NCBI GenBank assembly: GCA_964016885.1
Contig: OZ024742.1
Location: 298,220,001 to 298,284,000 of the forward strand
From: Eledone cirrhosa
Lineage: Eukaryota
Direction: 5' to 3'
DNA: 64,000 nt
Positions 51,561-64,000 of this stretch are shown here, in pieces. A program made the translations under genes and the position numbers. The notes under the pieces were generated by a model that saw only the letters and a list, made by a program, of their open reading frames with translations, did no database searches and was not told where the DNA came from. The stretch's first letter is position 1; each line of letters begins with the position of its first letter.

Positions 51561-52685
51561 ATGCCAAAGATAAGGATAAAGACAAATTCACCTCGTGGAC
51601 GAGAATGCGAGCACTCCTCATTGTTTCGACCGCGGACGGCTAACATAACCCCATCGCCCCCCGCCCCCCACCGCCCCCAACCCCCAAACGCAATCCAAAA
51701 CTTCAGAGTTGGTACCATAAATGTAGGCACCCTAAAGGGTCGCGCTAACGAGGTTGTAGAAATGCTTGAACGTAAGGAGGTCGATGTTTGTTGTATTCAA
51801 GAGACCAGGTGGAGGGGTGGGTCTGCTAGATTCATTGAGGGTAAAAAACGATGTTATAAGCTTTTCTGGGTGGGAAACGACGATGGGCTGGGTGGAGTAG
51901 GAATCATGGTAGCAGAAAAGTGGGCAGATAAGATAATAGACGTAAATAGAGTGAACGACAGAATAATTAAAATAAGACTTGTCCTCAATAGAACTACGGT
52001 GACAGTAATATCTGCGTACGCACCCCAATCCGGACTGCCCGGCACTATAAAAGACAGATTCTATGAGACACTGATGCTAACTACCTCCCAAATATCCGAC
52101 AGTGACTATATAATTATTGCAGGCGACCTAAATGGTCACGTTGGACAACATTGTGACGGCTACGACGAAATCCATGGAGGCTATGGGTTTGGTACTAGAA
52201 ATGAGGAAGGCTCCAGAATCCTGGAATTCTGTGACGCAAATAACCTAACTATCTGTAACACTAACTTCAAAAAACGTGACAATCACCTGATCACCTATAG
52301 ATCGGGGGAACACACAAGCCAGGTAGATTATATCCTTACCAGAAGACGTGACAGAGTGTCTGTTGTAAACACTAAATCCCTCCCCCATGAAGAATGCACC
52401 TCCCAACATAGACTGATAATTAGCGACCTCATAGTCAAGACGAGACGTACTCGACAGCAGAAGAGGACTATCCTCAGGAGAAAAATATGGAAGCTAAAGG
52501 ACCCCACAGCCAGGAATAAATTTCAAAGCATATTACTTGATGCTTTCGACAGTAAGGAAGAACATTTAGAGTCGGACAATATAGAGGGAGAGTGGGAATT
52601 TCTGAAAGCAAACCTGCTGTTGGCGACAGACGAAGTCTGTGGCTGGAGCAGGCCTGTAGGCAGGAGGAGAGTAACATGGTGGTAG
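51561..52685 (+). CDS. RTE apurinic/apyrimidinic-like endonuclease (N-terminal part of ORF)
   Basis: GTINVGTL, CCIQETRW, SAYAPQ, AGDLNGHVG, SQVDYIL, SQHRLI. Confidence 0.93.
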   Translation: MPKIRIKTNSPRGRECEHSSLFRPRTANITPSPPAPHRPQPPNAIQNFRVGTINVGTLKGRANEVVEMLERKEVDVCCIQETRWRGGSARFIEGKKRCYKLFWVGNDDGLGGVGIMVAEKWADKIIDVNRVNDRIIKIRLVLNRTTVTVISAYAPQSGLPGTIKDRFYETLMLTTSQISDSDYIIIAGDLNGHVGQHCDGYDEIHGGYGFGTRNEEGSRILEFCDANNLTICNTNFKKRDNHLITYRSGEHTSQVDYILTRRRDRVSVVNTKSLPHEECTSQHRLIISDLIVKTRRTRQQKRTILRRKIWKLKDPTARNKFQSILLDAFDSKEEHLESDNIEGEWEFLKANLLLATDEVCGWSRPVGRRRVTWW

Positions 52686-54737
52686 AACAGTAAGGTGGAG
52701 GGGTCAATTAAGGCCAAAAAGCAGGCTTGGAAAGTATGGCGGGATGGGGGAAGTAGAGAAGACTATCAAGTGGCCAGGAGGGAAGCTAGGAGAGAAGTGT
52801 ACTTAGCAAGAAGGGAAGCTGAGGAAAGAAAGTTCAAGCATGTTCTACAACGCGATGACCAAAAACGTGAGGTGTTCAGGATTGCTAGGCAATGCGTCAA
52901 GGAAAACCGTGATATTGTCGGGGAGAAGTGTGTACTAAACGACGATGGCACACTTGCCATCACCGACGCTGATAAGAAGGTAGCTTGGAAGTGTCACTAT
53001 GAAAGGCTACTAAATGAGGAGAATAAATGGGAGAAAGACAGTCTCCCCCATATCGACCCAATAGAGGGACCAGCAGTGTTAGTCGAGGGGAGTATAATAA
53101 GTAAGGCAATCAAGGATATGAAGACAGGTAAGGCGGCTGGGCCTTCGGAAATAGTTGCTGAGATGCTGAAGGCATCTGGCACGGTGGGACACACCATGGT
53201 CACCCGCATAGTTAACCAAGTCGTACAGAATGGGGTTGTTCCGAAGGACTGGCATAGCAGCATCATCGTTAACTGTTATAAGGGTAAAGGAGACGCCCTA
53301 GATAGGAGTAACTATAGAGGCATTAAATTAATCGACCAGGTCATGAAGGTCACGGAAAAAGTAATAGCACAACTAATCAGAGAGAGAATTGACCTAGATG
53401 AAATGCAGTTCGGGTTTGTGTCAGGCAAAAGTACCACAGACGCTCTTTTCATTGTACGACAACTACAGGAGAAGTACCTAGCTAAAGGTAAACCCCTCTA
53501 CTTAGCTTTTGTCGACTTGGAGAAAGCCTTCGACAGAGTCCCCCGCTCCATTATCTGGTGGGCTCTTAGAAAACTAGGCGTTGACGAATGGCTTGTGAGA
53601 GCTATACAAGCCATGTATAAAGAAACAGTCAGCAAGGTTAGAATTAACAACGAATATAGTGAAGAGTTTAGCGTAAAAGTTGGCGTCCATCAGGGCTCTG
53701 TTCTCAGCCCCCTACTATTTATTATTGCCCTTCAGGCTATAACAGAGGAGTTCAAGACCGGCTGCCCATGGGAACTGCTATACGCAGACGACCTGACACT
53801 CATAGCGGAATCAATGGCCGAGCTAGAGAAGAAATTCCAAACATGGAAGCACGGCCTAGAATCAAAAGGCCTTAAAATTAACCTGGATAAAACTAAAGTT
53901 CTAGTTTGTAGGAAAGAAAATAAGGCGGCGGTCCCTTCTGGGAAATGGTCGTGCTCGGTGTGTAGGAAAGGCGTAGGTAGAAACTCCATTTTATGTCCTA
54001 AATGCAAAGTATGGGTGCATAAAAGATGTAGTGGGATCACAGGTAAGCTAACTAAGAACATAGATTTTACATGTGGCCGGTGCTCTGGTGCAATAAGTAG
54101 CAGCAAGTGCCCACAAAATACTAGCTCTTTCAATTGCGCAGAGGGTTCTATAGAAATAGTGGACAGCTTCCGTTACCTGGGTGATAAAATCAGCAGTGGG
54201 GGAGGGTGCACTGAAAGTACAGTAGCTAGAGTCAGAACTGGTTGGAAAAAGTTCAGAGAGCTTATACCACTATTAGCTGCTAAAGGGTTCTCCCTAAAAA
54301 TGAAAGGCAGGTTGTACGATGCCTGCATACGAACAGCAATGTTGCATGGCAGTGAGACCTGGGCATTGTGTGCAGAGGATATACGCAGACTAGAGAGGAA
54401 CGAAGCTTGCATGCTCCGCTGGATGTGTAACAGTAATATACGTGAACGGCAAAGCATAAACGAACTAAGGAAAAAATTAGAAATAAGAGGGATCAGATGT
54501 TGTTTATTCGAGAGAAGGCTACGTTGGTATGGACACGTGATGCGCATGAAAGTCGATAGCTGTATAACAAAGTGCAGGGCAATAAAGATAGACGGTAGCC
54601 ACGGAATAGGCAGACCTAGAAAAACCTGGGACGAGCTGATAAACTCCGACCTCACACACTTACACCTCTCCAAGACAATGTCACTGGACCGAGACCTTTG
54701 GCGGTACTCAGTAACAGAGAAGACCCGCCTTACCTAA
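52686..54737 (+). CDS. RTE reverse transcriptase (same frame after the stop codon)
   Basis: All RT motifs including [10 protein letters not shown] and YADD, plus a C4HC3 insertion before YLG. Confidence 0.93.
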   Translation, partial: NSKVEGSIKAKKQAWKVWRDGGSREDYQVARREARREVYLARREAEERKFKHVLQRDDQKREVFRIARQCVKENRDIVGEKCVLNDDGTLAITDADKKVAWKCHYERLLNEENKWEKDSLPHIDPIEGPAVLVEGSIISKAIKDMKTGKAAGPSEIVAEMLKASGTVGHTMVTRIVNQVVQNGVVPKDWHSSIIVNCYKGKGDALDRSNYRGIKLIDQVMKVTEKVIAQLIRERIDLDEMQFGFVSGKSTTDALFIVRQLQEKYLAKGKPLYLAFVDLEKAFDRVPRSIIWWALRKLGVDEWLVRAIQAMYKETVSKVRINNEYSEEFSVKVGVHQGSVLSPLLFIIALQAITEEFKTGCPWELLYADDLTLIAESMAELEKKFQTWKHGLESKGLKINLDKTKVLVCRKENKAAVPSGKWSCSVCRKGVGRNSILCPKCKVWVHKRCSGITGKLTKNIDFTCGRCSGAISSSKCPQNTSSFNCAEGSIEIVDSFRYLGDKISSGGGCTESTVARVRTGWKKFRELIPLLAAKGFSLKMKGRLYDACIRTAMLHGSETWALCAEDIRRLERNEACMLRWMCNSNIRERQSINELRKKLEIRGIRCCLFERRLRWYGHVMRMKVDSCITKCRAIKIDGSHGIGRPRKTWDELINSDLTHLHLSKTMSLDRDLWRYSVTEKTRLT

Positions 54738-55114
54738 ATACATAGTAAAACCTACTACAGCCAGTAGGCATCTCTAACAAAATACCCCCCCCCCCCGTCC
54801 CACCACCCCCACCCCATCAACGCCACCCCGTTCTATGTAAAGTTGTGTTGGTGCCACACCATCCAGGCCGAAACAAATGAGATCGTGTAGGTGTCACGAC
54901 AAAAAAACACACAGTCCACGCTGTAATGTGGCCGTGTAGGCAACATGGTAAAAACCTCCCAGACCCACACTGTAAATGTGGTTGGTGTTAGGAAGGGCAT
55001 CCAACTGTAGAAAACCTGCCAGACAGTCCTATGCGAGCAAGACAATCACTCTTGCCTCAAGTTGGACTACCCCCGTCCAAACCCATGCAAGCGTGGAACA
55101 CGGACGTTAAACGT

Positions 55115-55151
<37 letters not shown>

Positions 55152-55278
55152 ATGCAAACATATATATATATATATATATATACAAACATATATATATGCA
55201 AACATATATATATATATATAAATATAAATGAATATATATAAATATATATATATGCAAACATATATATATATATATATA

Positions 55279-56812
55279 TATACAAGCCATGTATAAAGAA
55301 ACAGTCAGCAAGGTTAGAATTAACAACGAATATAGTGAAGAGTTTAGCGTAAAAGTTGGCGTCCATCAGGGCTCTGTTCTCAGTCCACTACTATTTATTA
55401 TTGCCCTTCAGGCTATAACAGAGGAGTTCAAGACAGGCTGCCCATGGGAACTCCTATACGCAGACGACCTGACACTCATAGCGGAATCAATAGCCGAGCT
55501 AGAGAAGAAATTCCAAACATGGAAGCACGGCCTAGAGTCAAAAGGACTTAAAATTAACCTGGCTAAGACCAAAGTACTAGTTTGTAGGAAAGAAAACAAG
55601 GCGGCGGTCCCTTCTGGGAAATGGTCGTGCTCGGTGTGTAGGAAAGGCGTAGGTAGAAACTCCATTTTATGTCCTAAATGCAAAGTATGGGTGCATAAAA
55701 GATGTAGTGGGATCACAGGTAAGCTAACTAAGAACATAGATTTTACATGTGGCCGGTGCTCTGGTGCAATAAGTAGCAGCAAGTGCCCACAAACTACTAG
55801 CTCTTTCAATTGCGCAGAGGGTTCTATAGAAATAGTGGACAGCTTCCGTTACCTGGGCGATAAAATCAGCAGTGGGGGAGGGTGCTCTGAAAGTACTGTA
55901 GCTAGAGTCAGAACTGGTTGGAAAAAGTTCAGAGAGCTTATACCACTATTAGCTGCTAAAGGGTTCTCACTAAAAATGAAAGGCAGGTTGTACGATGCCT
56001 GCATACGAACAGCAATGCTGCATGGCAGTGAGACCTGGGCATTGTGTGCAGAGGATATACGCAGACTAGAGAGGAACGAAGCTTGCATGCTCCGCTGGAT
56101 GTGTAACAGTAATATACGTGAACGGCAAAGCATAAACGAACTAAGGAAAAAATTAGAGATAAGAGGGATCAGATGTTGTTTACTCGAGAGAAGGCTACGT
56201 TGGTATGGACACGTGATGCGCATGAAAGTCGATAGCTGTATAACAAAGTGCAGGGCAATAAAGATAGACGGTAGTCACGGAATAGGCAGACCTAGAAAAA
56301 CCTGGGACGAGCTGATAAACTCCGACATCACACACTTACACCTCTCCAAGACAATGTCACTGGACCGAGACCTTTGGCGGTACTCAGTAACAGAGAAGAC
56401 CCGCCTTACCTAAATATATAGTAAAACCTACTCCAGCCAGTAGGCATCTCTAACAAAATACACCCCGTCCCACCACCACCACCCCCACCCGATCCACACC
56501 ACCCCGTTCTATGTAAAGTTATGTTGGTGCCGCGCCATCGAGGCCGAAACAAATGAGATCGTGTAGGTGTCACGACAAAAAAACACACAGTCCACGCTGT
56601 AATGTGGCCGTGTAGGCAACACGGTAAAAACCTCCCAGACCCACACTGTAAATGTGGTTGGTGTTAGGAAGGGCATCCAACTGTAGAAAACCTGCCAGAC
56701 AGTCCTATGCGAGCAAGACAATCACTCTTGCCTCAAGTGGGACTACCCCCGTCCAAACCCATGCAAGCGTGGAACACGGACGTTAAACGTTGATGATGAT
56801 GATGATGATGAT
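55279..56812 (+). mobile_element. RTE subfamily A, 5'-truncated tandem copy
   Basis: Colinear with 53603-55151; ORF 55289-56413 is open. Confidence 0.95.
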
Positions 56813-56831
56813 ATATATATATATATATGCA

Positions 56832-56869
<38 letters not shown>

Positions 56870-57275
56870 AACATATATATATATATATATATATATGCAA
56901 ACATATCTATATATATATATAATCAGTTCTCATATGAGCAAGACATGGTCACCCGACCTGGCATTCCCCACAACAGGAGAACCTGTCTAACCCATGCTAG
57001 CATGGAAGAATGGACGTAAAATGATGATGATGATGATGATGATATATATGTGCAAATATACATATATTTATGTATGCAGCTTAGTGATTCAATGAATGTC
57101 AGCAGCATATTATATAATATATTTAAAAATAAAATGAGAAACATCTTATGCAACCCATGTTAGCATGGAAAAGTGAATGTAAAAACAATAACGAGACTTT
57201 TAGCACTAAATAAATAAATAAATATCACTGTCTTGAGTAAATACATATTATAAGGGATACTACACGATGATATCA

Positions 57276-58159
57276 TCTATATATCTAAAACAGAGAATTT
57301 CTGTCTGTCTGTCTGACTCCCTAAAACTCGAGAACCACTCAACGGATTTTTTTCAAACTTTATACATGTAATACTTATGGTCCTGTGAGTGTTTTGAGCA
57401 AATAATATTTCAAATGTTCAATGCCCTAGGGACCGCATTAGGTGCCCGTTAGCGATCTCTCTATCTTCCTTAGTCTGTCTTTTTAGATAGATACATAGCT
57501 ATAACGTCACGCCCTTATAATATCTGTCTGTATGTCTGGCTGTCTGTATTACGACATTATGATACTATCTGTGTGTGTGTGTATATATATATATATAGTG
57601 TGTAACGTTTTTCCAAATATTTATTTCTGCGTTCACAGATTGATTTTTTTAGTTTCAGAAGATCCGTTAAGGGTGAAAGCAGCGATTCTTCGCTTAAACT
57701 TTAATCTGTTATTTTAATATATATATATATATAATTATATATTCGTGCATACACAGTAACAAAATATGAACAAACGTATTTATTTCACGAGGCTCGATAA
57801 GGATAAATATATCAAATATATAAGAACCCTAGAGCAAATATTGTTCTCATTGCTGACGAGGCAGAAGGGGATATACACGATTTGCTGAAGAAGGACGAGA
57901 CAGTGTTAGTAATACGACCAACGGCTGCTATCACACCAACATCAGCAAAAACAACAACAACAAAAAAAGAGGGAACGCAATTACATGCTTTTGAAAAATC
58001 TTAATGGAAAATTATTTGCGTATTCACCCAAGGTAACTTCACTTTTTATTAGGACATCTGCATCAATTGGTGAACATATGACGAACCTGTTTCAGAAAGG
58101 AGGGATAAACATGCCAATCTATGTTTAGAATCCCGAGCAACGCCGGGCCACTCTGCTAG
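57276..58159 (+). mobile_element. Non-autonomous Helitron
   Basis: a|TCtatatatctaaaacagag...cccgagcaacgccgggccactctgCTAG|t. Termini resemble the 38800-42775 element. Confidence 0.85.
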
Positions 58160-59666
58160 TTACAAACTATTTAGCTGTATTATTTGTCTTATCAAATAAA
58201 TATCAACATTGTTTCTCTTTGAAGTACAAACGTCATCATCATCATCATTATAGTTTTTATGTACATTTTCCATACCTGCATGGGTTAGATAAGTGCACCA
58301 GCCAGTACACCATCTCTTCAGTTGTTTCTTTCCATTGTCATATCTTTTTTTGAGATGTAGTTTCTTAAGATCAGCTTCCACTACTTCGGCCAATGACCCT
58401 CTTGGTCTTCCTTTTCGAAGGTTTCCTTCAACTTGGAACTTCTGACACTTCTTCATCTACCTGTCATCATGCATATGCATTGTATATCTTTAGCAATGCA
58501 ATCTGCTCTCCTGCACATATCTGGTTCTTTTGACACTCAGTTATTTTTTCAGCTCATCTACGCACACTAACATTTTACATCTAAAAGAGCATGTTCAAAT
58601 CAATTTTCTCCAGTCTTCACTTAATTTTTTATGTATCTTCTGGTTATTCCATAATGTAAATAAATCAAGAAAACTCGAAGTAAATCTATAAATTTTAAGT
58701 AGATATGATTTGAGATGTTTCATAGGAAGAGATGTACATTATTTGTAGAACATTAACATCTTTCTTTGTCTATTTTGCATTTTAGAACAAGCTGGATAAT
58801 TTATTACAGTCTGTGCCTTGACGGCTAGGGGAACTATAGCTTGCAAATATGAGTCGAAAATAGAATATATGAACAAGATATGGTTTTTAATATATCATGT
58901 GATTATTATATAATTCAAGCAAAATAAAACCCTTGAGAGAAATCTATATATTTTTTAAGAAGGAGATTGCATATGGACACTTGTTGAGTATGGATGATGA
59001 TCATTGGGTAAAGAAATGCCAAGTGATGCCAGTGGAAAGAAACTGCAGAAAATACGAAGAAAAAACTGGGCAGAAGCAGTATGAGCTGATCTTAAAATGC
59101 TGAATCACTCAGAAGAGATGACAAAGGAATACAGCAAGAGAGTGGATGGGCAAATGTGCTGGAAAAAGACAGTTCAACCAATGTAAGTATGGAAAAACAT
59201 AAAATGATGAAGATGAGGTTTTTAATATATCATAGCAAAAAAAATGTACTTTACAGAATGACAAGCTAAATTGTTATATGACACCAATCTTCACAAGAAT
59301 TATATTATGGCCAATTTCATTATCATGATAAATAATAATACTGTGAATAAAAATTATTCCAGTTTGCATTTATATCTGAAAATGAACGGAGAAATATTTG
59401 AGGTCTATTTCCTATTGATTATGGTTGGAAATAATTTATTAATCATCTATTTTGAAATGTCAATTGCAGAGAAAATAAAATGGTTTATGTTGAATCATTA
59501 GAAAGTCAGGATACAAAAGAGATGTTGCATATCATTAAGGGATATACATTATGATTTGGAATAGAATGATGTATATAAATCTATAGTAGGAAAAACAACA
59601 AAAAGCAACCAAGTGTCCAATGCAATTTCTATTTTAATAGCGAGCAACAGTAAAGCAATAATAATA

Positions 59667-60210
59667 ATCATCATCATCATCATCGTTTTACGTCCGTTCT
59701 AACATGCTAGCATGGGTTAGACAGGTTGTCCTGTTGTGGGCAGTGTCCAGTCAGCTAACCTTGTCTTGCTCATATAGGAACTGATTCTGGCTTGATTTCT
59801 ACAACTGGATGCCCTTCCTAACTCCAACCTCATTTACAGTGAGTGCTGGGTGCTTTTTTCCGTGATGCCTACAAGTCCACTTTACAGTGTGGGCTGGGTG
59901 CTTTTTTGCCGTGGCACCTCCAGCTTCAGATTGTTCCTGTGGGGGGGGGGTCTTCTGTATTACTGTGTGACACCAGAGGTCATGGTCATGTGTCATCACC
60001 TTTGAGAGGTGCAATTGGGTAAGGTCGGCCTTCATCACCTCCTCCCAGGTCTTCTTGGGTCTCCCCACTCCGCGGCTTCCATCGACTTCTGGTGCTCTGC
60101 ACCTTTTTATGCAGCTGTCATCCTTCATACGCATCACATGTCCATACCAACATAACCTCCTCTCCTGCACACAGGAGATTCCTCTGATGCTCAGTCTCTC
60201 TCTCAATTCA
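59667..60210 (-). mobile_element. RTE subfamily B 3' fragment
   Basis: Minus ORF ..[18 protein letters not shown].. plus 3'UTR and tail. Confidence 0.9.
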
Positions 60211-60216
60211 AAGCAA

Positions 60217-60266
<50 letters not shown>

Positions 60267-60508
60267 CATACATATTTATATATTCATATACCTATATATA
60301 TATATATACCTATATACATACATATACTTATATACATACATATACATATATACCTATACATATACATATATATATATATACATATATATATACATACATA
60401 TATACATACGTATACATATATACATACGTATACATATATACATACGTATACATATATACATACATATAAATATATACATACGTATACATATATACATACA
60501 TATATATC

Positions 60509-61028
60509 TGATGCGTATGAAGGATGATAGCTGCATAAAAAGGTGCAGAGCACTAGAAGTTGATGGAAACCGCGGAGTGGGGAGACCCAAGATGACCTGG
60601 GATGAGGTGATAAAAGCCGACCTTACCCAATTACACCTCTCAAAGACAATGATACACGACCGTGACTTCTGGCGTCACGCAGTAATACAGAGTACCCGAC
60701 CTCCCATGGGTACATGCTGAAGCATATAGACAATATGCCCCCACGCCCCCCACCGCAAGGTGGTCGTGGAGGTGCCACGGAAAAAAAGCAGCCAGCCCAC
60801 ACTGTAAAGTGGACGTGTAGGTGCCACGGAAAAAAAGTACCCAGCACTCACTGTAAATGAGGTTGGTGTTAGGAAGGGCATCCAGCTGTAGAAACCAAGC
60901 CAAATCAGTTCCTGTATGAGCAAGGCATGGTCAGCCGACCAGACACTGCCCACAACAGGACAACCCATCTAACCCATGCTAGCGTGGAAGAACGGACGTA
61001 AAACGGTGATAATGATGATGATGATGAT
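60509..61028 (+). mobile_element. RTE subfamily B 3' fragment
   Basis: Nearly identical to 15439-15956. Further 3'UTR fragments at 61047-61310(-) and 61440-61700(-). Confidence 0.92.
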
Positions 61029-62933
61029 ACACATATACATATATATCATCATCATCATCATCATTATCGTCCTTTAACATCCATTTTCCACACTAACATG
61101 AATAGGACCTTTGTGAGAGATCAGGTCGGAGGACAGTGTTTTGCTCACACAGAACTAATTTTGGCTTAGTTTCTATGACTGGATGCCCTTCCTAATGCCA
61201 ACCACATTTGCAATATGTGCTAGGTGCTTTTTGTCATGCCACCTACATGACCACAATACAGAGTGGGCTGGGCATTTTTTTATTTGTGTTGCCAACATGA
61301 CCACTTTATAATATATATGAAACATTTCTAGCCATGTAAAAGTAATTTTTATATAAAGATGCCTATAATCTACCTACAGATTGAGTACGTTATTTAACAG
61401 TGGTTACCCACCGACACCACTCAGGAACCTACATATATTTCATCATCACCGTTTAACGTCCATTTTTCCATGCATGCATGCATGGGTTAGACGAGTTGTC
61501 TGGTTGTGAGAAATGCCAGCTCAGGTGACCATGTCATGCTCATGCAGAACTGATTTTGGCTTGGTTTCTACAGCTGGATGCTCTTCCTAACACCAATCAC
61601 ATTAACAGTGAGTACTGGGTGCTTTTTGTTGAGACAACTACACAAACACTTTACAGCGTGGGCTGGGTGCTTTTGTTGTGATACCTACACAACCTCTTTA
61701 AGAAACAATTACATCATATATATATATGATGTGATTGTTTCTTAAGAAAGACTTAACATTTAATTGGTTATCATAAGTCTGCATTTAGATCTTAATTAAA
61801 CTATTCAGCTAAACAATGATATTGTAGAAATATAATGCAACACTGCAGAATAATAATCCTTGTCGTCATTGTTATGTATAACGTTTTAGAAATATCATGC
61901 CAATAAGAGTTAAGAGGATCCTTCAATTCTGACACAACCTCTCTAGTGCTCGCACCATGAAAAGTACATGATAGGAAGGGCAACCAACTGTAGAAACCAA
62001 GCCAAAAAGGGTCATAGAAACCTAGCCAAACAAAGAGCTGAGAGGACTCTTGAGTTGTGTCAAGGGCACATAAATGCATCTATGGCTGGTGACATGATAA
62101 AATGCACTCGATGCATCTTGTTGAGTATGAGAACATATGTGAGTTGCAGCCCCTGATCTATCTGAAAGGCAGTGATTCTCATTAAGTACTGACTTGGCCT
62201 ATGATGATACATCTTACTCTTGCTAGCAGGAAAAATATAAGTATGATGATGATAGATGGTTAAGATCAAAAGGGGAAAAACAGTAAATCATTGTTTAACA
62301 TCCATTTTACCAACTAGCAAGAACGTGGATCTACAATATAACATTTCTATGCCAAGCAAAACTGGTGAGAGGCTCAGATCAGATGTGAAATGTTAGCCTG
62401 CAAATCAAGTAATAGGTTTTCAAATCTGGCAAAAATCCTTCAAAGCCAGATGTGAAATATAAGCCTCATTTCAAACTGTTCATTAAGTATAATAGTGATA
62501 CAGTGCAGATTACATATAATTTATCCTAAGGTCATGAGTTTTATTCCAATCCGTACATTATGTCCTTCAACAAGACACTTTATTTCATATTGCTCCAACC
62601 CACTCAGTTGTCGACATTGAGTTGTACCTATGATTCAAAGGATCAACCTTGTCACAAAGAGTAATGCTGAATTTCCCAGAGATCTTTGATAAGCGTATAT
62701 GTGCATGTTGTCTGCTCAGTCACTTGCATTGATTCCATCAACTGGGATACGCATTGTCAAAACTGACAGAAGACCAACACAGGTATATACATGTAGTGTT
62801 CATCATGTACTCACAAAAAACAAAATTGAACATAAGTAATAAGCCCATGTCAACTGACCTACTGACTTTGCCTCTTTTCTAACCTCAATCCTATATTTCT
62901 TATCTATGAGATTCAATACTTTTAGTTACTTTA

Positions 62934-63146
62934 TCTATATATTAATTTGAACAACGTCAGTATTCCGTGTGTCATAATTCTCGATTATCATTGGTTCATA
63001 GGTTTCAAACGACTCCGCCCACCTCAACGACGCCAAACTAAAATTAATATGCATAATGCCAATGAGGGAATGAGAGGGGAGAGTGTGAACACTATATGTG
63101 TCTGTTATCATCTGTTTACCCGGGCGAAGCTGGGTACGTCAGCTAG
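62934..63146 (+). mobile_element. 213-bp mini-Helitron
   Basis: a|TCtatatattaat...acccgggcgaagctgggtacgtcagCTAG|t. Confidence 0.75.
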
Positions 63147-64000
63147 TAATAAGGTAAACTTTCAAAATTTATCTTCCATTTTATGTGTATCTTTCAACAA
63201 CGGCCCTTGCCATTCTGAGTTCAAATCCCATCGAGGTTAACTTTGCCTTTCATCCTTACGGGGTCGATAAAATAAAGTACCAGTAATGCACTGGGTAATT
63301 GCTGTGCCAAAAGTAGAAACAATTATTTCTTCACAGCATATTTCTGTTCACATTAGACATCATACCAGTATTTATATTACCCAATGTTTTAATGTCACTT
63401 CACTTTCTCAACTCATTTATGTTCAGATCTTATCACATGTTAAAATTGCATTTCAAGCAATATATCTTTTTCCCAATAATTGCTGATTCCCTGCATTCAC
63501 TATTCAAATTTTATTGTCCACTTTTCATGCAGACTGATACAACCTACCTGCATGGAGAGATAATCTCTTTGATGTAAATGGAAAGAACAGTTTGTAGAAA
63601 AATCATAGCAACTATGATATGGTTCACTCGTTTCCATTGCTGGTTATATCATATATCATATAGATAACATAATTTATCTACTAATTCTTTGGCCCATATA
63701 AGCATCCCATGGTTTTCAGTAGATGGCTACTCCTGCTGTTAACTACGCCAATGTATCTGGCATTACTAAATATTTGTTTTCCAGTCTCTCAAATATCCTG
63801 GGGTATCTCTGTGGTAACTATTATAATTTTTCTAGTGGTTATAATGTGTTAGCAAATTAAGATTTATCAATCATTTTTGATTATTAAATTTACAATATTT
63901 CTATGTATAGCAGTGTTGTAATAACATTAGGAACATTTATTCCTTGTGTATAGGATCAGCAACTGTTCAGAGCTGAAGTAGTTCCTGACCTTATAATAAA

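Larger units (their letters stand above)
51073..55151 (+). mobile_element. Near full-length RTE-clade LINE, subfamily A
   Basis: Putative 5'UTR, a single APE+RT ORF (ATG 51561 to 54737) interrupted by TAG at 52683-52685, 3'UTR and (GAT)n tail. The 5' boundary is taken as the end of the TA tract. Confidence 0.93.

Overview
AT-rich, microsatellite-laden animal DNA with no recognisable intact host gene. The repeat content (RTE LINEs with (GAT)n tails, tRNA-derived SINEs, long (TA)n/(CA)n tracts) resembles a cephalopod/Octopus genome; this is an inference. Coding capacity is all transposon-derived: a near full-length RTE LINE (51073-55151, one in-frame stop) followed by a truncated sister copy, a second RTE subfamily (13590-18000, 59667-61028), a restriction-like-endonuclease non-LTR fragment, an internally deleted Helitron, several non-autonomous Helitrons, MITEs and two decayed Penelope-like (PLE) ORFs. 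The most striking signal is one the ORF track cannot show. By eye I find eight type I hammerhead ribozyme (HHR) motifs with intact cores (stem I-CUGANGA-stem II-GAAA-stem III-UH-stem I) and roughly nine more degenerate or partial ones, from several unrelated families. Most lie in short non-coding fold-back elements inserted in (TA)n tracts. Two elements (31240-31620, 43411-43759) are near-perfect palindromes with an intact HHR on each strand. All folds were derived manually; none were computed or tested.
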